DNA of 64,000 nucleotides from Vulcanimicrobiota bacterium (lineage in GTDB: Bacteria; Vulcanimicrobiota; Xenobia; Xenobiales; JADMJV01), in NCBI GenBank assembly GCA_050250895.1, contig JBFWNU010000012.1:32001-96000 (forward strand), given 5' to 3'. Position numbers and translations under genes: made by a program. Shown one piece after another: positions 1 to 10,119 of this stretch. How positions within the stretch are numbered: the stretch's first letter is position 1; each line of letters starts with the position of its first letter. The notes beneath the pieces were generated by a model. That model had not been told where the DNA came from. It was given only the letters and a program-made list of their open reading frames with translations, and did no database searches.

Positions 1-82
1 AGTGTTTTCCCTTCTTAACATGGGCATTAAGGTTTGTAAAGAATCGAGCAGGAAAGCCTGTGGTCCACAACATCTTTTGGGG

Positions 83-1153
83 TTACTTTTCTGAAACATG
101 CAGGTCTTTCAACCAGACTTGCTCGATCTCTGCGAGATCTCCACTCTCGCGCAGTTTTAACAGGGCTACATCCAATTCGAACAGCAAGGGACTGTCCTGG
201 GTCACCGCAAAGCCGTAGTGCTGGCTGGAAAAGCGGGTCTCGGACAGCACCAGTTCCGGTTCGGGGTTCTTGAGCAGGTGATATTCCAGGGCGGGATAGT
301 CAAACACTACGACATCCGCGTTTCCCTGGCTCACGAGCTCGATGGCTCGAGCCAGGTCGGGAGCGGTGACCAGGCGGGCTTGAAAGGCCTCGGCGGCGGC
401 GGCCCCGGTGGTGCCCGCGATGACGGCGGCTCGCTGGCCCATCATCAACTCGGGTCGGTCAAGGGTGGCCGCATCAATGCTTCTCAGCGCCAGGGCGGTG
501 GCGATTCCGGCCGTCAGGGTCGAAAACGACAGCGTGGCAACCAGCATCCAGATGCTGGTGAGAATGCGACCGGCCGTCGTCTTGGGCGACTTATCGCCAT
601 ATCCCACCGTGGTCATGGTCACGATGGCGAACCACATTCCGTGCCCGATGCCGGCCGCACCCGGGGGAAACTCGTTCGAATTGGTGCTGCGTTCTACGGC
701 CCAGACCAGCGTGCCCACGATGGCCAGCAGCGTGAAGAGAAAGGCCGTGCCCAAAATGAAGGCCCGCGAGAAGAAAGGCTTCACCCGTTGCCAGAGGCCC
801 GACTCGCCGCGCCGCGACAAAAGCCCCAGGCTAGCCTCGAAATAGGGCTGGGTGAAGGCCACGGTTCGGGCTCGTTCGGCCGTGATGCTGATCGGGCCGA
901 CGGCTACCGAGGCTTGATCGTTGCGAACCATTTCCAGCGCTTTGGGAACGCTCTCGGCGGGCACGAACTCATAGTCAAGCTCGGCTCGTTTGGCCAACTC
1001 TTCCCAAATGCGGATGGCCAGACCATCAGGGTGCTCGCCGGTACTGGTGATGAAAGGGGGCGACCCGGCCACTGCGACCTTGATCTTGTCGGCCAATCCA
1101 GGAGCGGACAGGGCCAGGAGAAGGACCAGCAGGTAGAGTCGAAGAGTCTTCAT
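83..1153 (-). CDS. GluR0-type ligand-gated K+ channel (periplasmic amino-acid-binding domain split by a pore domain)
   Basis: Signal peptide, SBP family 3 lobes (ISITAERA..FTQPY), TM helices and K+ filter TMTTVGYGD. Confidence 0.88.
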   Translation of the reverse strand: MKTLRLYLLVLLLALSAPGLADKIKVAVAGSPPFITSTGEHPDGLAIRIWEELAKRAELDYEFVPAESVPKALEMVRNDQASVAVGPISITAERARTVAFTQPYFEASLGLLSRRGESGLWQRVKPFFSRAFILGTAFLFTLLAIVGTLVWAVERSTNSNEFPPGAAGIGHGMWFAIVTMTTVGYGDKSPKTTAGRILTSIWMLVATLSFSTLTAGIATALALRSIDAATLDRPELMMGQRAAVIAGTTGAAAAEAFQARLVTAPDLARAIELVSQGNADVVVFDYPALEYHLLKNPEPELVLSETRFSSQHYGFAVTQDSPLLFELDVALLKLRESGDLAEIEQVWLKDLHVSEK

Positions 1154-1575
1154 ACGATCGGTTCGTAGATAATAAACTGGCGAGTGTCCGCCCGGTAGGC
1201 GACCTCTTGATTTCCTTCCAGTCGAAGTTCGGAAGCCATCGGTCGCAAGTTGCGGGTGGCCAATTCGCAGCCATCCTCGGTCACCGTATAGCTGTGGTCA
1301 CCGACGCGAAAGGCCTGGCTGCGGGAGTCGAACTGATACACCTGGTCGCTGGCGCCGCCCAGAAAGTCGTAGCCCGAGGCCAGGGCGGGTTCCCAGTAGG
1401 TTTTGGTAGACGTGCCGTGACCCACGGTCATGGTGTAGTTGGCAATCCCGTCACCGTTGGTGTCGAGCACGACCGTGTCATTGGGAAAGCCGATGGGGGC
1501 GCTCTGGTGACAAAGGTTGATGGAGCGCAACACCCGGTTGCTCTCGAGAAAGACTTGCACAGGTTGGACATTCAT
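1150..1575 (-). CDS. Hypothetical protein (141 aa) with a DxNGDG Ca-binding-like loop
   Basis: ATGA overlap with the channel gene, promoter motif upstream, DTNGDGI motif. Confidence 0.7.
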   Translation of the reverse strand: MNVQPVQVFLESNRVLRSINLCHQSAPIGFPNDTVVLDTNGDGIANYTMTVGHGTSTKTYWEPALASGYDFLGGASDQVYQFDSRSQAFRVGDHSYTVTEDGCELATRNLRPMASELRLEGNQEVAYRADTRQFIIYEPIV

Positions 1576-1585
1576 GGTTAGGGCC

Positions 1586-1628
1586 AGTCTAGCGCCTCGG
1601 CCCGACCAGCATGTTGATAAAAGGTTTC
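1586..1628 (-). promoter_or_regulatory. Shared promoter motif copy 1 (GAAACC-N4-ATCAAC-N21-TAGACT)
   Basis: Same geometry as copies at 6402, 29864 and 31261; most degenerate copy. Confidence 0.5.
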
Positions 1629-1630
1629 CG

Positions 1631-3316
1631 TCAGCCCGCCTGTTGTTTCTTGACCATCTTGGCCCAGGCGTCTTTGAGGGTCACGACGCGATTCATGACC
1701 AGCTTGTCCATGGTGGCGTCGGGGTCGACCACGAAATAGCCCTTGCGTTCGAACTGGAAGCGATCGCCCGGTTGGGCCGACTTCATACTGGGCTCGAGAC
1801 GTGCCTGCACCACCTCGAGCGAGTCGGGATTGAGAAACTCGGTGTAGTCCCGGTCTTTCTGGCCGTCGGGGCGTTCGACCGTGAAGAGCCGATCATAGAG
1901 GCGCACCTCGGCCTCCAAGGAGTGGGCGCAAGACACCCAGTGGATGGTGCCCTTGACCTTGCGCCCATCGGGGGTCGAGCCGCCGCGACTTTCGGGATCG
2001 TAGTGACAGCGCAATTCGACCACGTTGCCCTGGTCGTCTTTGACCACCTCGTCGCAGGTGATGTAGTAGGCCCGTCGCAGCCGTACTTCGCGGCCCGGCG
2101 CCAGGCGAAAGAACTTCTTGAACGGCTCTTCCATGAAATCTTCTCGCTCGATATAGATTTCGCGGCTGAAGGGCACGTCGCGAAAACCCATCTTGGGCGG
2201 ATCGTCAGGGTAGAAGGGAGCCTCCATGAACTCGACCTTGTCCTCAGGATAGTTGGTGATCACGACTTTGAGCGGGTCGAGTACCCCCATGACTCGCGGT
2301 GTCCGGGTGTTGAGGTCGTTGCGAAGGCACTCCTCAAGCAGCGAAAGCTCGATCCAGCTATCATTCTTGCTGACCCCGATCTTGTCGCAGAAGTCGCGAA
2401 CCGCCTCGGGCGTGTAGCCCCGGCGACGCATCCCCTGAATCGTGGGCATGCGAGGGTCATCCCAACCGGCCACCGTGCCCGTCTTCACCAGTTCGAGCAG
2501 CTTACGCTTGCTCATCACGGTGTAATAGAGGTTGAGGCGGGCGAACTCGATCTGTTGGGGGTGACACGGCACGTCGAGCTGATCCAGGCACCAGTCGTAG
2601 AGCGGGCGGTGGTTCTCGAACTCGAGGGTGCAGATGGAATGGGTGATCTCTTCCAGGGCGTCCGACACGCAGTGCGTGTAGTCATACATCGGATAGATGC
2701 ACCACTGGTCGCCGGTGCGGTGATGGGCTACCTTGCGAATGCGGTAGAGGGCCGGGTCGCGCATGTTGATGTTGCCTGAGGCCATATCGATTTTGGCGCG
2801 CAAAGTCCGCGACCCGTCTTCAAATTCACCGGCTTTCATGCGGGTGAACAGGTCCAGGTTTTCTTCGATGCTACGATCCCGATAAGGGCTGGGGCGGCCG
2901 GGTTGGGTCAGGGTGCCCCGATATTGGCGAACTTCCTCGGCCGACAGATCGCAAACGTAGGCTTTGCCCTGTTTTATCAGCGAAATGGCATAGTCGTAGA
3001 GCTTCTGGAAGTAGTCGGAAGCATGGTACAGGTGTGGTCCCCAGTCAAAGCCGAGCCAGCGGACGTCGTCCTTAATCGCGTTGACGTACTCGACGTCTTC
3101 CTTGGTGGGGTTGGTGTCGTCGAAACGCAGATGGCAGCGACCCTGGTGTTCGGCGGCCAGGCCGAAGTTGAGGCAGATCGACTTGGCGTGGCCGATATGC
3201 AGATAACCGTTGGGCTCGGGCGGAAAGCGGGTAACGACCTGATCGTGTTTGCCGCTGGCCAGATCTTCAGCCACGATAGTCCGAATGAAGTTGGGGGTCA
3301 GGGGGTCGGTTGCCAT
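1631..3316 (-). CDS. glnS: Glutamine--tRNA ligase
   Basis: [14 protein letters not shown] (HIGH) and MSKR motifs; start set at MATDPL. Confidence 0.97.
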   Translation of the reverse strand: MATDPLTPNFIRTIVAEDLASGKHDQVVTRFPPEPNGYLHIGHAKSICLNFGLAAEHQGRCHLRFDDTNPTKEDVEYVNAIKDDVRWLGFDWGPHLYHASDYFQKLYDYAISLIKQGKAYVCDLSAEEVRQYRGTLTQPGRPSPYRDRSIEENLDLFTRMKAGEFEDGSRTLRAKIDMASGNINMRDPALYRIRKVAHHRTGDQWCIYPMYDYTHCVSDALEEITHSICTLEFENHRPLYDWCLDQLDVPCHPQQIEFARLNLYYTVMSKRKLLELVKTGTVAGWDDPRMPTIQGMRRRGYTPEAVRDFCDKIGVSKNDSWIELSLLEECLRNDLNTRTPRVMGVLDPLKVVITNYPEDKVEFMEAPFYPDDPPKMGFRDVPFSREIYIEREDFMEEPFKKFFRLAPGREVRLRRAYYITCDEVVKDDQGNVVELRCHYDPESRGGSTPDGRKVKGTIHWVSCAHSLEAEVRLYDRLFTVERPDGQKDRDYTEFLNPDSLEVVQARLEPSMKSAQPGDRFQFERKGYFVVDPDATMDKLVMNRVVTLKDAWAKMVKKQQAG

Positions 3317-3393
3317 AGGCTGGCAGGCTTCGCAGGCGGACAGCGATCTCCTTGTGCCAGGGTAAGCTGGTGGACCGTCGAAGCCCGGCAATT

Positions 3394-4476
3394 ATGGCCT
3401 TGCCCATCTCGCTACCCATCGAGCGAGTCCACCTCGAGGTGACCAATCAGTGCAACTTCGACTGCGCCTTCTGCCCCGACCACAAGATGCAGCGCCCTCG
3501 GGGCCGCATGACCACCGAGCAGGCGCGTCAACTGCTCGAAGAGATGGCCAGCCACGGCCTGGCCCGGGAGGTCCGCCTCCATTTGATGGGCGAGCCGTTC
3601 CTCCATCCCCATTTGTTCGAGATTATCGAAGCCGGCGCCGAACTCGGCCTGCACCTGAGCCTGACCACCAACGCAAGTTTGCTGGCTCCCCGAACCATTC
3701 AGGGTTTGCTGGCCAGTCGCCTGGGCGAATTGGTGGTCAGCCTGCAGACCCCCAGCCGACAAAGCTTCGCCATACGCTATCCACCCCCGAAGCTCACCTA
3801 CGAGGTCTTTCGCAAGAAGGTGCTGGCTTTGCTCGAGGCGGCCCTGGCGGCCAAAATGCCCTTTCCCATCAACCTCAATTTCCTCAACACCACCCGTCGG
3901 GGGCTGATAGGACCGCTTCGCGAGCCGATCGACTCGCTCTCGGGCGACCAGCCGACTCGCGAGGCTCTGGGTCTGTGGGCCCGTGAGGTTTACGCCCTGA
4001 CCGGCGACACCGGCGACTTGCCCAAGGTGCTCACGCACCTCGACCGGATATCGGTGGCCCGCTGGGAGACTCTGGAGGTCTATCCTCGCATCTTTTTCGA
4101 GGTCCGACCGCTGTTTGACTGGGGCAATGCCTGGACCCCGCCGGGTGAGTTGCGGCCGGCTCGCTACGGGACCTGCAACGCCGTTTACGGTCAACTGGGC
4201 ATCCTCTACAACGGGGACGTCGTTCTTTGTTGTGCTGACTATGACGGCAGTACCACCGTCGGCAACGCCCTCGAGGAAGGCCTGGTGGAGGTGCTCAAGA
4301 AGCCCGAGGTGGCAAGCATCGTCGAGGGCTTTCGCCGCAACCGGGTGGTCCATCCGCGCTGTCAGCAATGCCTGGGCGGAGCCACCCGAACCGCCGCCCT
4401 GGCCCGCCAGTTGGGATCAATTTTGTTCTTCAAAGGTCCCGGTCGCCACTTTCAGCGAACCACCCGTCTGTACTAG
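3394..4476 (+). CDS. Radical SAM protein with SPASM/twitch domain
   Basis: CNFDCAFC; C-terminal C..GDVVLCC..GN..CQQC. Confidence 0.9.
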   Translation: MALPISLPIERVHLEVTNQCNFDCAFCPDHKMQRPRGRMTTEQARQLLEEMASHGLAREVRLHLMGEPFLHPHLFEIIEAGAELGLHLSLTTNASLLAPRTIQGLLASRLGELVVSLQTPSRQSFAIRYPPPKLTYEVFRKKVLALLEAALAAKMPFPINLNFLNTTRRGLIGPLREPIDSLSGDQPTREALGLWAREVYALTGDTGDLPKVLTHLDRISVARWETLEVYPRIFFEVRPLFDWGNAWTPPGELRPARYGTCNAVYGQLGILYNGDVVLCCADYDGSTTVGNALEEGLVEVLKKPEVASIVEGFRRNRVVHPRCQQCLGGATRTAALARQLGSILFFKGPGRHFQRTTRLY

Positions 4477-4478
4477 TC

Positions 4479-5222
4479 ATGAAGCACTTCCTCAAAAACA
4501 TCGTCACCCATGTCAAGCGCCTGGTGAGAAAGCGCGGCAAGAATCTGGACCAGAAACGCCAGATGACGCGGCTGGTGTGTCGCATCCCGGTGGTGTGCGA
4601 GGTGGAGGGTAAGACCTTTCAGGCTTTCGCCATCGATCTGGGGGTGCGTGGGCTGCGCCTGGAAGTGCCCACCAAGGTCGCCCCCGGGGCTGTCCTGGGG
4701 GTAGCCTATCGCCCCGACTCAGGACCTCCGCCACCCAAACTGGTGGCCAAGGTTCGCTGGTGCCGGCGGCGGGCCAATTCGAGCGTCATCGAATCTGGGC
4801 TCGAGTATCTCGAGACCGACGAAGTGCTCACCGGCTCCTGGGTCAAGATGCTGCTCGACGAGGTGGGTTTTCGCGAAGAGGCGGTGTTTGACCGGCGGCG
4901 GAGCTATCGCACCCACGGCAGCCTGCGGGGCCGTATCCTCACCCACGGGGGCGGCAACTACTTTGGGAATGTGGCCAATCTGGGCGTAGGCGGCGCTCTG
5001 TTCGAGGTCTCCAAAGCCCTCTCGCCCGGGGCTCCGGTCGAGGTCGAGGTAGGTCCCGCTCAGGGGATGGAGTTGCTTAAACTGCAGGGTCGGGTTCGCC
5101 ACGCCCGCCGCTCGGATCGCGATGGCCGCTGGCTCAACGGAGTGGCCTTCACCGAACTCGATGCCCGGTCGACCGAACTGTTGGGCAAGTATATCTTTCT
5201 GTTGTTGCGAGAAGCCGAGTAG
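4479..5222 (+). CDS. Tandem PilZ-domain protein
   Basis: Two RxxxR + (D/N)xxxxG sets (RQMTR..DLGVRG; RRSYR..NLGVGG). Confidence 0.82.
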   Translation: MKHFLKNIVTHVKRLVRKRGKNLDQKRQMTRLVCRIPVVCEVEGKTFQAFAIDLGVRGLRLEVPTKVAPGAVLGVAYRPDSGPPPPKLVAKVRWCRRRANSSVIESGLEYLETDEVLTGSWVKMLLDEVGFREEAVFDRRRSYRTHGSLRGRILTHGGGNYFGNVANLGVGGALFEVSKALSPGAPVEVEVGPAQGMELLKLQGRVRHARRSDRDGRWLNGVAFTELDARSTELLGKYIFLLLREAE

Positions 5223-5225
5223 CCA

Positions 5226-6302
5226 GTGCTGGCCTACTACATCACCGCCCACGGCTACGGTCACGGGGCCCGCTCTTGCGATATCCTCGAACGCCTCTGG
5301 CAGACTCGGCCGGAGCTTGATTTGACGGTCGTGACCGACCTGCCCGACTGGTTTCTGGCCAACCGCCTGTCGCGGCGGCCCCTGTCGTTGCGGCGGGCTC
5401 GCTTCGACGTGGGGATGGTGCAGAAGGATTCGGTCGAGGTCGATCTGGCCGAAACCCTGGCCCGGTTGGAAGAGGTTTTCCGTCAACGACCGCAACTGGT
5501 AGCCCGCGAGGCCGAGTGGCTAAGGGCCAACCAGGCCCGGGCGGTGGCGGTCGACATCCCCTCTATGCCGTTGGAGGCGGCCGCCAGGGCGGGCATTCCC
5601 GGCGTGGCCGTAGGCAACTTCTCGTGGGACTGGATCTACGCCGAGTTGGGCTCATCCGAGTTTGAGCCGGTGATTGACGCCTTGCGCCAGGGCTACTCCC
5701 AGGCAGAAAAGTTGTTGCGCCTGCCTTTTAGCTGCCCCACCGAGGCCTTCTCGCGGACCGTCGAGGTGCCTTTGGTGGCCACCCCTGGCCAGAATGTGCG
5801 CTCGGCCCTGGCCGCTGCCACCGGGGCTGATCCCGACCGGCCCTGGCTGCTGTTTTCCTTCACCACGCTCAATCTCGAGCCTGGAGCTATCGAGCGCCTT
5901 AGCCGTCTTGACGGCTACCAATTGCTGACGGTTCGCCCCCTGGAGTGGGCGGGCCCGAATTTCTTCTCGGTCGACCCGGCCGCTTTCCGGTTCACCGATC
6001 TGATGGCCAGCGTCGAGGCGGTGGTTACCAAGCCGGGCTTCGGCATCCTCTCCGAGGCGGTGGTCAACGACACGCCCCTGATCTATGTCGAGCGCCACGA
6101 TTTTGCCGAATACCCGGTGCTCGAGGCGGCGATCCGTGAAGCCTTGCGAGGGATCCATCTGCCCGCTCGCGACCTCTACGCCGGCCGGCTCGAATCGGCC
6201 CTCGAGCAGCTCGCGGCTGGTCTGCCGGGCCCCCGGGTGGCGGTGCCCTTTGACGGTGGGGCCGAGGTGGTCCGACAACTCGTGGAACTACTTGGCGGCT
6301 GA
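5226..6302 (+). CDS. GT-B fold glycosyltransferase-like protein (L-arabinokinase N-domain-like)
   Basis: YYITAHGYGHGAR, GNFSWDWIY, VTKPGFG..SEA motifs. Confidence 0.75.
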   Translation: MLAYYITAHGYGHGARSCDILERLWQTRPELDLTVVTDLPDWFLANRLSRRPLSLRRARFDVGMVQKDSVEVDLAETLARLEEVFRQRPQLVAREAEWLRANQARAVAVDIPSMPLEAAARAGIPGVAVGNFSWDWIYAELGSSEFEPVIDALRQGYSQAEKLLRLPFSCPTEAFSRTVEVPLVATPGQNVRSALAAATGADPDRPWLLFSFTTLNLEPGAIERLSRLDGYQLLTVRPLEWAGPNFFSVDPAAFRFTDLMASVEAVVTKPGFGILSEAVVNDTPLIYVERHDFAEYPVLEAAIREALRGIHLPARDLYAGRLESALEQLAAGLPGPRVAVPFDGGAEVVRQLVELLGG

Positions 6303-6401
6303 GGGAAGCCGGCTTCGACGTGCGCCCACGCTTGACCGCGGACCCCGCGACCCGCGGTTGATTTTCTCTCGCCGCAGGTACTTCGACAGCGCGCCCCGAC
6401 G

Positions 6402-6444
6402 TTAACGAGTCGGTAACCTCGCCAGATCCCCCTCAGGTTAGCCT
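6402..6444 (+). promoter_or_regulatory. Shared promoter motif copy 2 (TTAACG-N4-GGTAAC-N21-TAGCCT)
   Basis: Direct half-sites 10 bp apart; -10 hexamer 8 nt before ATG 6453. Confidence 0.65.
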
Positions 6445-6452
6445 GGACGGGC

Positions 6453-8138
6453 ATGCTCATCCGGTCTCTTCATAGGCCCGCCCCGGCGGTTCCCAAGGCT
6501 CCCGCCAAGCCCCAGCCCAGTTATGGTCGCGAGGACCGCATCAGCTACTTCGTGCAGCAATTGGGGGCCGAGGCGGTGACTCAGGTGCGCCACCTTTCCG
6601 CCGCCTACGCCGGCCAGATGATCGCCACCACCGCCGGAGTGCTGGCCCTGGCCCCCCTGGCCGAATCGCTGGGCCAGATTCACGTCTTGACCATCGGGGG
6701 TACGCTGGCCGCGGGGATAGGAGCCGTGGCCGGCTACTACCTCGAACGTTCGCGAGGCCTCAAGCCGGTGACTCCAGGGCTCGATGGGGTCGGTCAGGCG
6801 GCCGCCACCCTGCGTAGCCTGCCAGACTTTGTCTACCCGACCATCGTCAACGCCACTGCGGCCGAAACCGAGCTGATTAACTCCACTCTCGACACCCTGC
6901 CGATGGGGGACGTGACTTCGGTCTCGACCATGACGGTCATGCCCGATATGGGCCCCATGGGCATCTCGGGAGTGGCCCCGCCGGGGCTGAGCCAGAACCT
7001 GGTCTACTTCGACCGCAAGCACCTCGGCTACAGCTGGTTCAATCGCGAGTTGGTGACCCACGAACTGGCTCACGGCAAGGACCTCTCGGCCGGCTACGGT
7101 CCGATCGGTACTCACAGTATCCGGGGGGGCGGTTTCGGGCGGGCTCCCTTCGTGTCCCACTACGCCGGCACCAACTTCCTGGAAGATTACGCCGAGTCGT
7201 ATGTCGAGTTTCATCAGCATCCCGACCGCTTGCGTGAGCTGGCTCCTCGAAAATACGCCGCTCTCGAGGCGGCGGACCCCAAAGGAGTCGAAGAGTGGCT
7301 CACCGATCGTCCCCAGGTTCGCGACCTGGGCAAGCAGGTGGCCGAGACGATCGGGCAGGTTCCTTACGCTCGCAACGCCCTGGAGTTGGCCGGAGCTTTG
7401 ATCGCGCCCTGGCAGATGCACCGCGGAGCCACCCAGATCGAGTCGGGCCAGCGACTGGCCGGCAAGCTCAACCTGGCTTCGGGCTTCTTTCTGGCGTCGG
7501 GAGCGTCGGCTCCCCTGGTGCTGGGCGTGTCGGCCATCGGCCTGGCCCAGAACGAGCGCCTGGCCGACATCACCCTGGCGGGCTCGTTGGGGCCGCTGGG
7601 CATGATGGGTCTGGCCGTCACCGATCAGTTGACCTCGGAGGGGGTCGATCTCAGCCAACAGTTTCAGGGGGTCAAGCTTGACGGCGAGCGCAACCTGGGT
7701 GCACTCTGGCTAGCCCTCACCGCCTCGGGAGTCGGCGGTGTGGTGGGGGCGGTGGCCGGCGCTCATTTTGGCGGTGTGGCCGGCGCTCTCTCGGGCTCCG
7801 CCCTGGGTTCTCTCACCGGTGGAGCCCTGGGAATGGGCGCCTATGTGGTGGACAAGGTCCGCCACGGAGCCCCGGCTACCGGCCCCCTGGCCTTGACCCG
7901 AGAGGACAAGTGGCATTTGGCCAAATTGGCCGGCGGTGGCCTGGTCGGCGGAGTGGCTGGGGGTCTGGCCGGGCATTGGGTTGGTCAGGCGGTGGGCTCG
8001 GCGCTGGGTTCGCTGGCCGGTCCATTGGGGGCCGAGGTGGGCGGTTCGGTCGGCGGCTGGGCCGGCACCCTGGCCGCCGCGTATGGTGGAGCCCGCCTGG
8101 GCTCGAAAATCAGCTCAGCAATTGGTCCAGCAGAATAG
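6453..8138 (+). CDS. Zinc metallopeptidase-domain protein with long Gly-zipper hydrophobic regions
   Basis: THELAHG (HExxH) plus VSHYAGTNFLEDYAESY; GxxxG-rich C-terminal ~200 aa; Pro-rich N-terminus. Confidence 0.75.
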   Translation: MLIRSLHRPAPAVPKAPAKPQPSYGREDRISYFVQQLGAEAVTQVRHLSAAYAGQMIATTAGVLALAPLAESLGQIHVLTIGGTLAAGIGAVAGYYLERSRGLKPVTPGLDGVGQAAATLRSLPDFVYPTIVNATAAETELINSTLDTLPMGDVTSVSTMTVMPDMGPMGISGVAPPGLSQNLVYFDRKHLGYSWFNRELVTHELAHGKDLSAGYGPIGTHSIRGGGFGRAPFVSHYAGTNFLEDYAESYVEFHQHPDRLRELAPRKYAALEAADPKGVEEWLTDRPQVRDLGKQVAETIGQVPYARNALELAGALIAPWQMHRGATQIESGQRLAGKLNLASGFFLASGASAPLVLGVSAIGLAQNERLADITLAGSLGPLGMMGLAVTDQLTSEGVDLSQQFQGVKLDGERNLGALWLALTASGVGGVVGAVAGAHFGGVAGALSGSALGSLTGGALGMGAYVVDKVRHGAPATGPLALTREDKWHLAKLAGGGLVGGVAGGLAGHWVGQAVGSALGSLAGPLGAEVGGSVGGWAGTLAAAYGGARLGSKISSAIGPAE

Positions 8139-8751
8139 CCAGCTCGGAACTCTGCTCTTGGCTCAGTTCGGTGAACTCGACCCCGTAGAGAAACGAGTTG
8201 CGCCGGTTCCACGAGCGAAGCACCCGCCCCTCGAGCTTCTCCAGTCGTCGAGGCGAACTCAAGCTCAAGCGCACGTCGGCGTTCATGGCCAGGCGCGAGC
8301 GGCACGAGATCAGGGCCCCCCCGATTCCGATGTTGAGAATCGAACCTCGCTCGGCATCGTTGCCACGTTCTATGATTCCACTGAGCTGGCACGGCACGCG
8401 AATGGTCTGGCGTCGCTCGAGCACCTCGCCGTTGGTGATATCGACTCCGGCGAGAACCGAAGCGGCCCAACTGTTCCAGAACGTCGACAGCCGGTGAGGA
8501 TAGGATAGACCCAGACGATAGCGGGCTCCCAGCTCCTGGGTCCACTCGACCCGGTATTCGACTGGCTCGAAGTCGCCCTCGACTTCGGGCACCAGGGTCA
8601 CCAGGCCGGCCCGGTTCACTGGCTGACGGCACATCACACTGGCCCCGCCGAGCCCCAACTCGTGAAGCATCCCGGTCTGCGGCTGACCCTCATGCTCGAG
8701 GGTCACGGCCAGATTGCAGATGACGCGAGCGAACAGCCGGCGGTTCTTCAT
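8110..8751 (-). CDS. Tandem PilZ-domain protein
   Basis: RLFAR..ELGLGG and RQTIR..NIGIGG; ATGA overlap with rhodanese gene. Confidence 0.82.
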   Translation of the reverse strand: MKNRRLFARVICNLAVTLEHEGQPQTGMLHELGLGGASVMCRQPVNRAGLVTLVPEVEGDFEPVEYRVEWTQELGARYRLGLSYPHRLSTFWNSWAASVLAGVDITNGEVLERRQTIRVPCQLSGIIERGNDAERGSILNIGIGGALISCRSRLAMNADVRLSLSSPRRLEKLEGRVLRSWNRRNSFLYGVEFTELSQEQSSELAILLDQLLS

Positions 8752-9212
8752 TCGGCTTGCTTCGGACTGGCCGCCGGGCCTTCCCCCAGAGTGGGCAGCC
8801 CCGCCTCTTGCCAGGCCCCAAAGCCGGCCTCCATCACCACCGTTTGTTCGAGACCCAGGCGACGCAACAACAAGCCCAGCTGGCGGGCCTGGCCGCAATC
8901 GGGTCCCGAGCAATAGATCACCACCCGAGAGGCTAATTGCAAGCGGGCTAGCGTCTCGGGAGAGGGCTCGGCCGGCAGCGAGATGGCTCCCCGCACATGG
9001 CCCTGGCGAAACTCGGCGCTCGAGCGGGCGTCGACGAAGACGGCTCCCTCAGCGTAGAGCGCCCCGGCCTGCTCGAGCGTCACGCTGCCCACCTCGCTTT
9101 GATAGGCGGCAAACAGCGGATGGCTGGTGTCGAAATGGCGACCCCACAAACCCAGGGTGACGGCCATCGTGAAGATAGCCACGGCTCCGATGAGCATGTC
9201 CGAGCGACTCAT
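8748..9212 (-). CDS. Membrane-anchored rhodanese-like protein
   Basis: FVDARS..F..GHVRGA, IYCSGPDC; N-terminal TM. Confidence 0.85.
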   Translation of the reverse strand: MSRSDMLIGAVAIFTMAVTLGLWGRHFDTSHPLFAAYQSEVGSVTLEQAGALYAEGAVFVDARSSAEFRQGHVRGAISLPAEPSPETLARLQLASRVVIYCSGPDCGQARQLGLLLRRLGLEQTVVMEAGFGAWQEAGLPTLGEGPAASPKQAE

Positions 9213-9928
9213 CGCAAGACCCGTCCGACCACCGGCACATACAACCAGGGCAATTCGAGGCAGGTGGTCTTGATCGAGAGATTGCCGGTGATGCTTTGCT
9301 CTCCCTCGGGAGCGGCGAAAACCTCGATAGTATAGCCATCGGCACCCTTCTCCAGCGGGCCCAGGCGAAGCCCGGGAGCGTTGCTGCTGACCTCGATCGG
9401 CAGACAGCGCTGGGGCTGGTTGGGCAGGATGGTGAGGGTCACGCTGGTGGGAAAGCCAGGGCGAACGTCGTCAAAAGTGACCACCTCGGGGTCGACGGCC
9501 AGGAGCGGGTCTACCACGGTGGTCAGATCCAGGCGGGCCGGGTCGGAAGCCAGACTGTGAAAGACCAGAATGGTTTTGGTGATCCGTCCTTGCATCAAGG
9601 CCGTGTCGAGGCTCACGGTCAGTCGGGTCGTCTCGCCCGGCTCGAGATGAGTTTTTGCCAGACTGGCCTGGGTGCAGCCGCAGCCCGCCTCGACCTCGCC
9701 AATGTCGAGGGACCGAGAGGCCAGGTTTTTGACCTCTACAATGGCTGACTCGAGGCTTTTCTGATAGGTGCGGCCGAAGTCGACCTGGGCGGGCGAGAAA
9801 GAAAGATAGGGGTCGGGCGGGCGCGAGACGGCGGTGGTCGGACCTGGTTCGCTATACCAAAGGCTGAAGTTGAGCAGCCAGCCGATGGCGATGGCCCACA
9901 GCAGGCCTCGGCGCAGGCCGGGTCTCAC
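9209..9928 (-). CDS. DUF1573-like Ig-fold protein
   Basis: AGCGCT..LEPGE motif; N-terminal TM; GTGA overlap start. Confidence 0.75.
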   Translation of the reverse strand: MRPGLRRGLLWAIAIGWLLNFSLWYSEPGPTTAVSRPPDPYLSFSPAQVDFGRTYQKSLESAIVEVKNLASRSLDIGEVEAGCGCTQASLAKTHLEPGETTRLTVSLDTALMQGRITKTILVFHSLASDPARLDLTTVVDPLLAVDPEVVTFDDVRPGFPTSVTLTILPNQPQRCLPIEVSSNAPGLRLGPLEKGADGYTIEVFAAPEGEQSITGNLSIKTTCLELPWLYVPVVGRVLR

Positions 9929-10119
9929 TCTTCCTCTTCGAAGACCTCGTGGTGGTGGCGCTTTTTGAGCTTGCGGCTGAGCACAACACACACCGTGCCG
10001 GGGTCGTTGCCGTTGAGGAAATGGATCGCTTTATAGCCCGAACCGGCCAACTGGTTGAGAACCGCCTCGAGCTCGTCGAAATTGGTCATGACGGTCTTGT
10101 ATTCCAGAACCTTGCTCAT
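9925..10119 (-). CDS. Small DUF4177-like protein
   Basis: EYK..LE..LN.L...GY pattern; overlaps both neighbours by 4 nt. Confidence 0.65.
   Translation of the reverse strand: MSKVLEYKTVMTNFDELEAVLNQLAGSGYKAIHFLNGNDPGTVCVVLSRKLKKRHHHEVFEEEE

Noticed and set aside
14-31. CTTAA-N8-TTAAG palindrome (CtrA-like)
   Set aside because: Spacing differs from TTAA-N7-TTAA and the regulated gene lies outside the window
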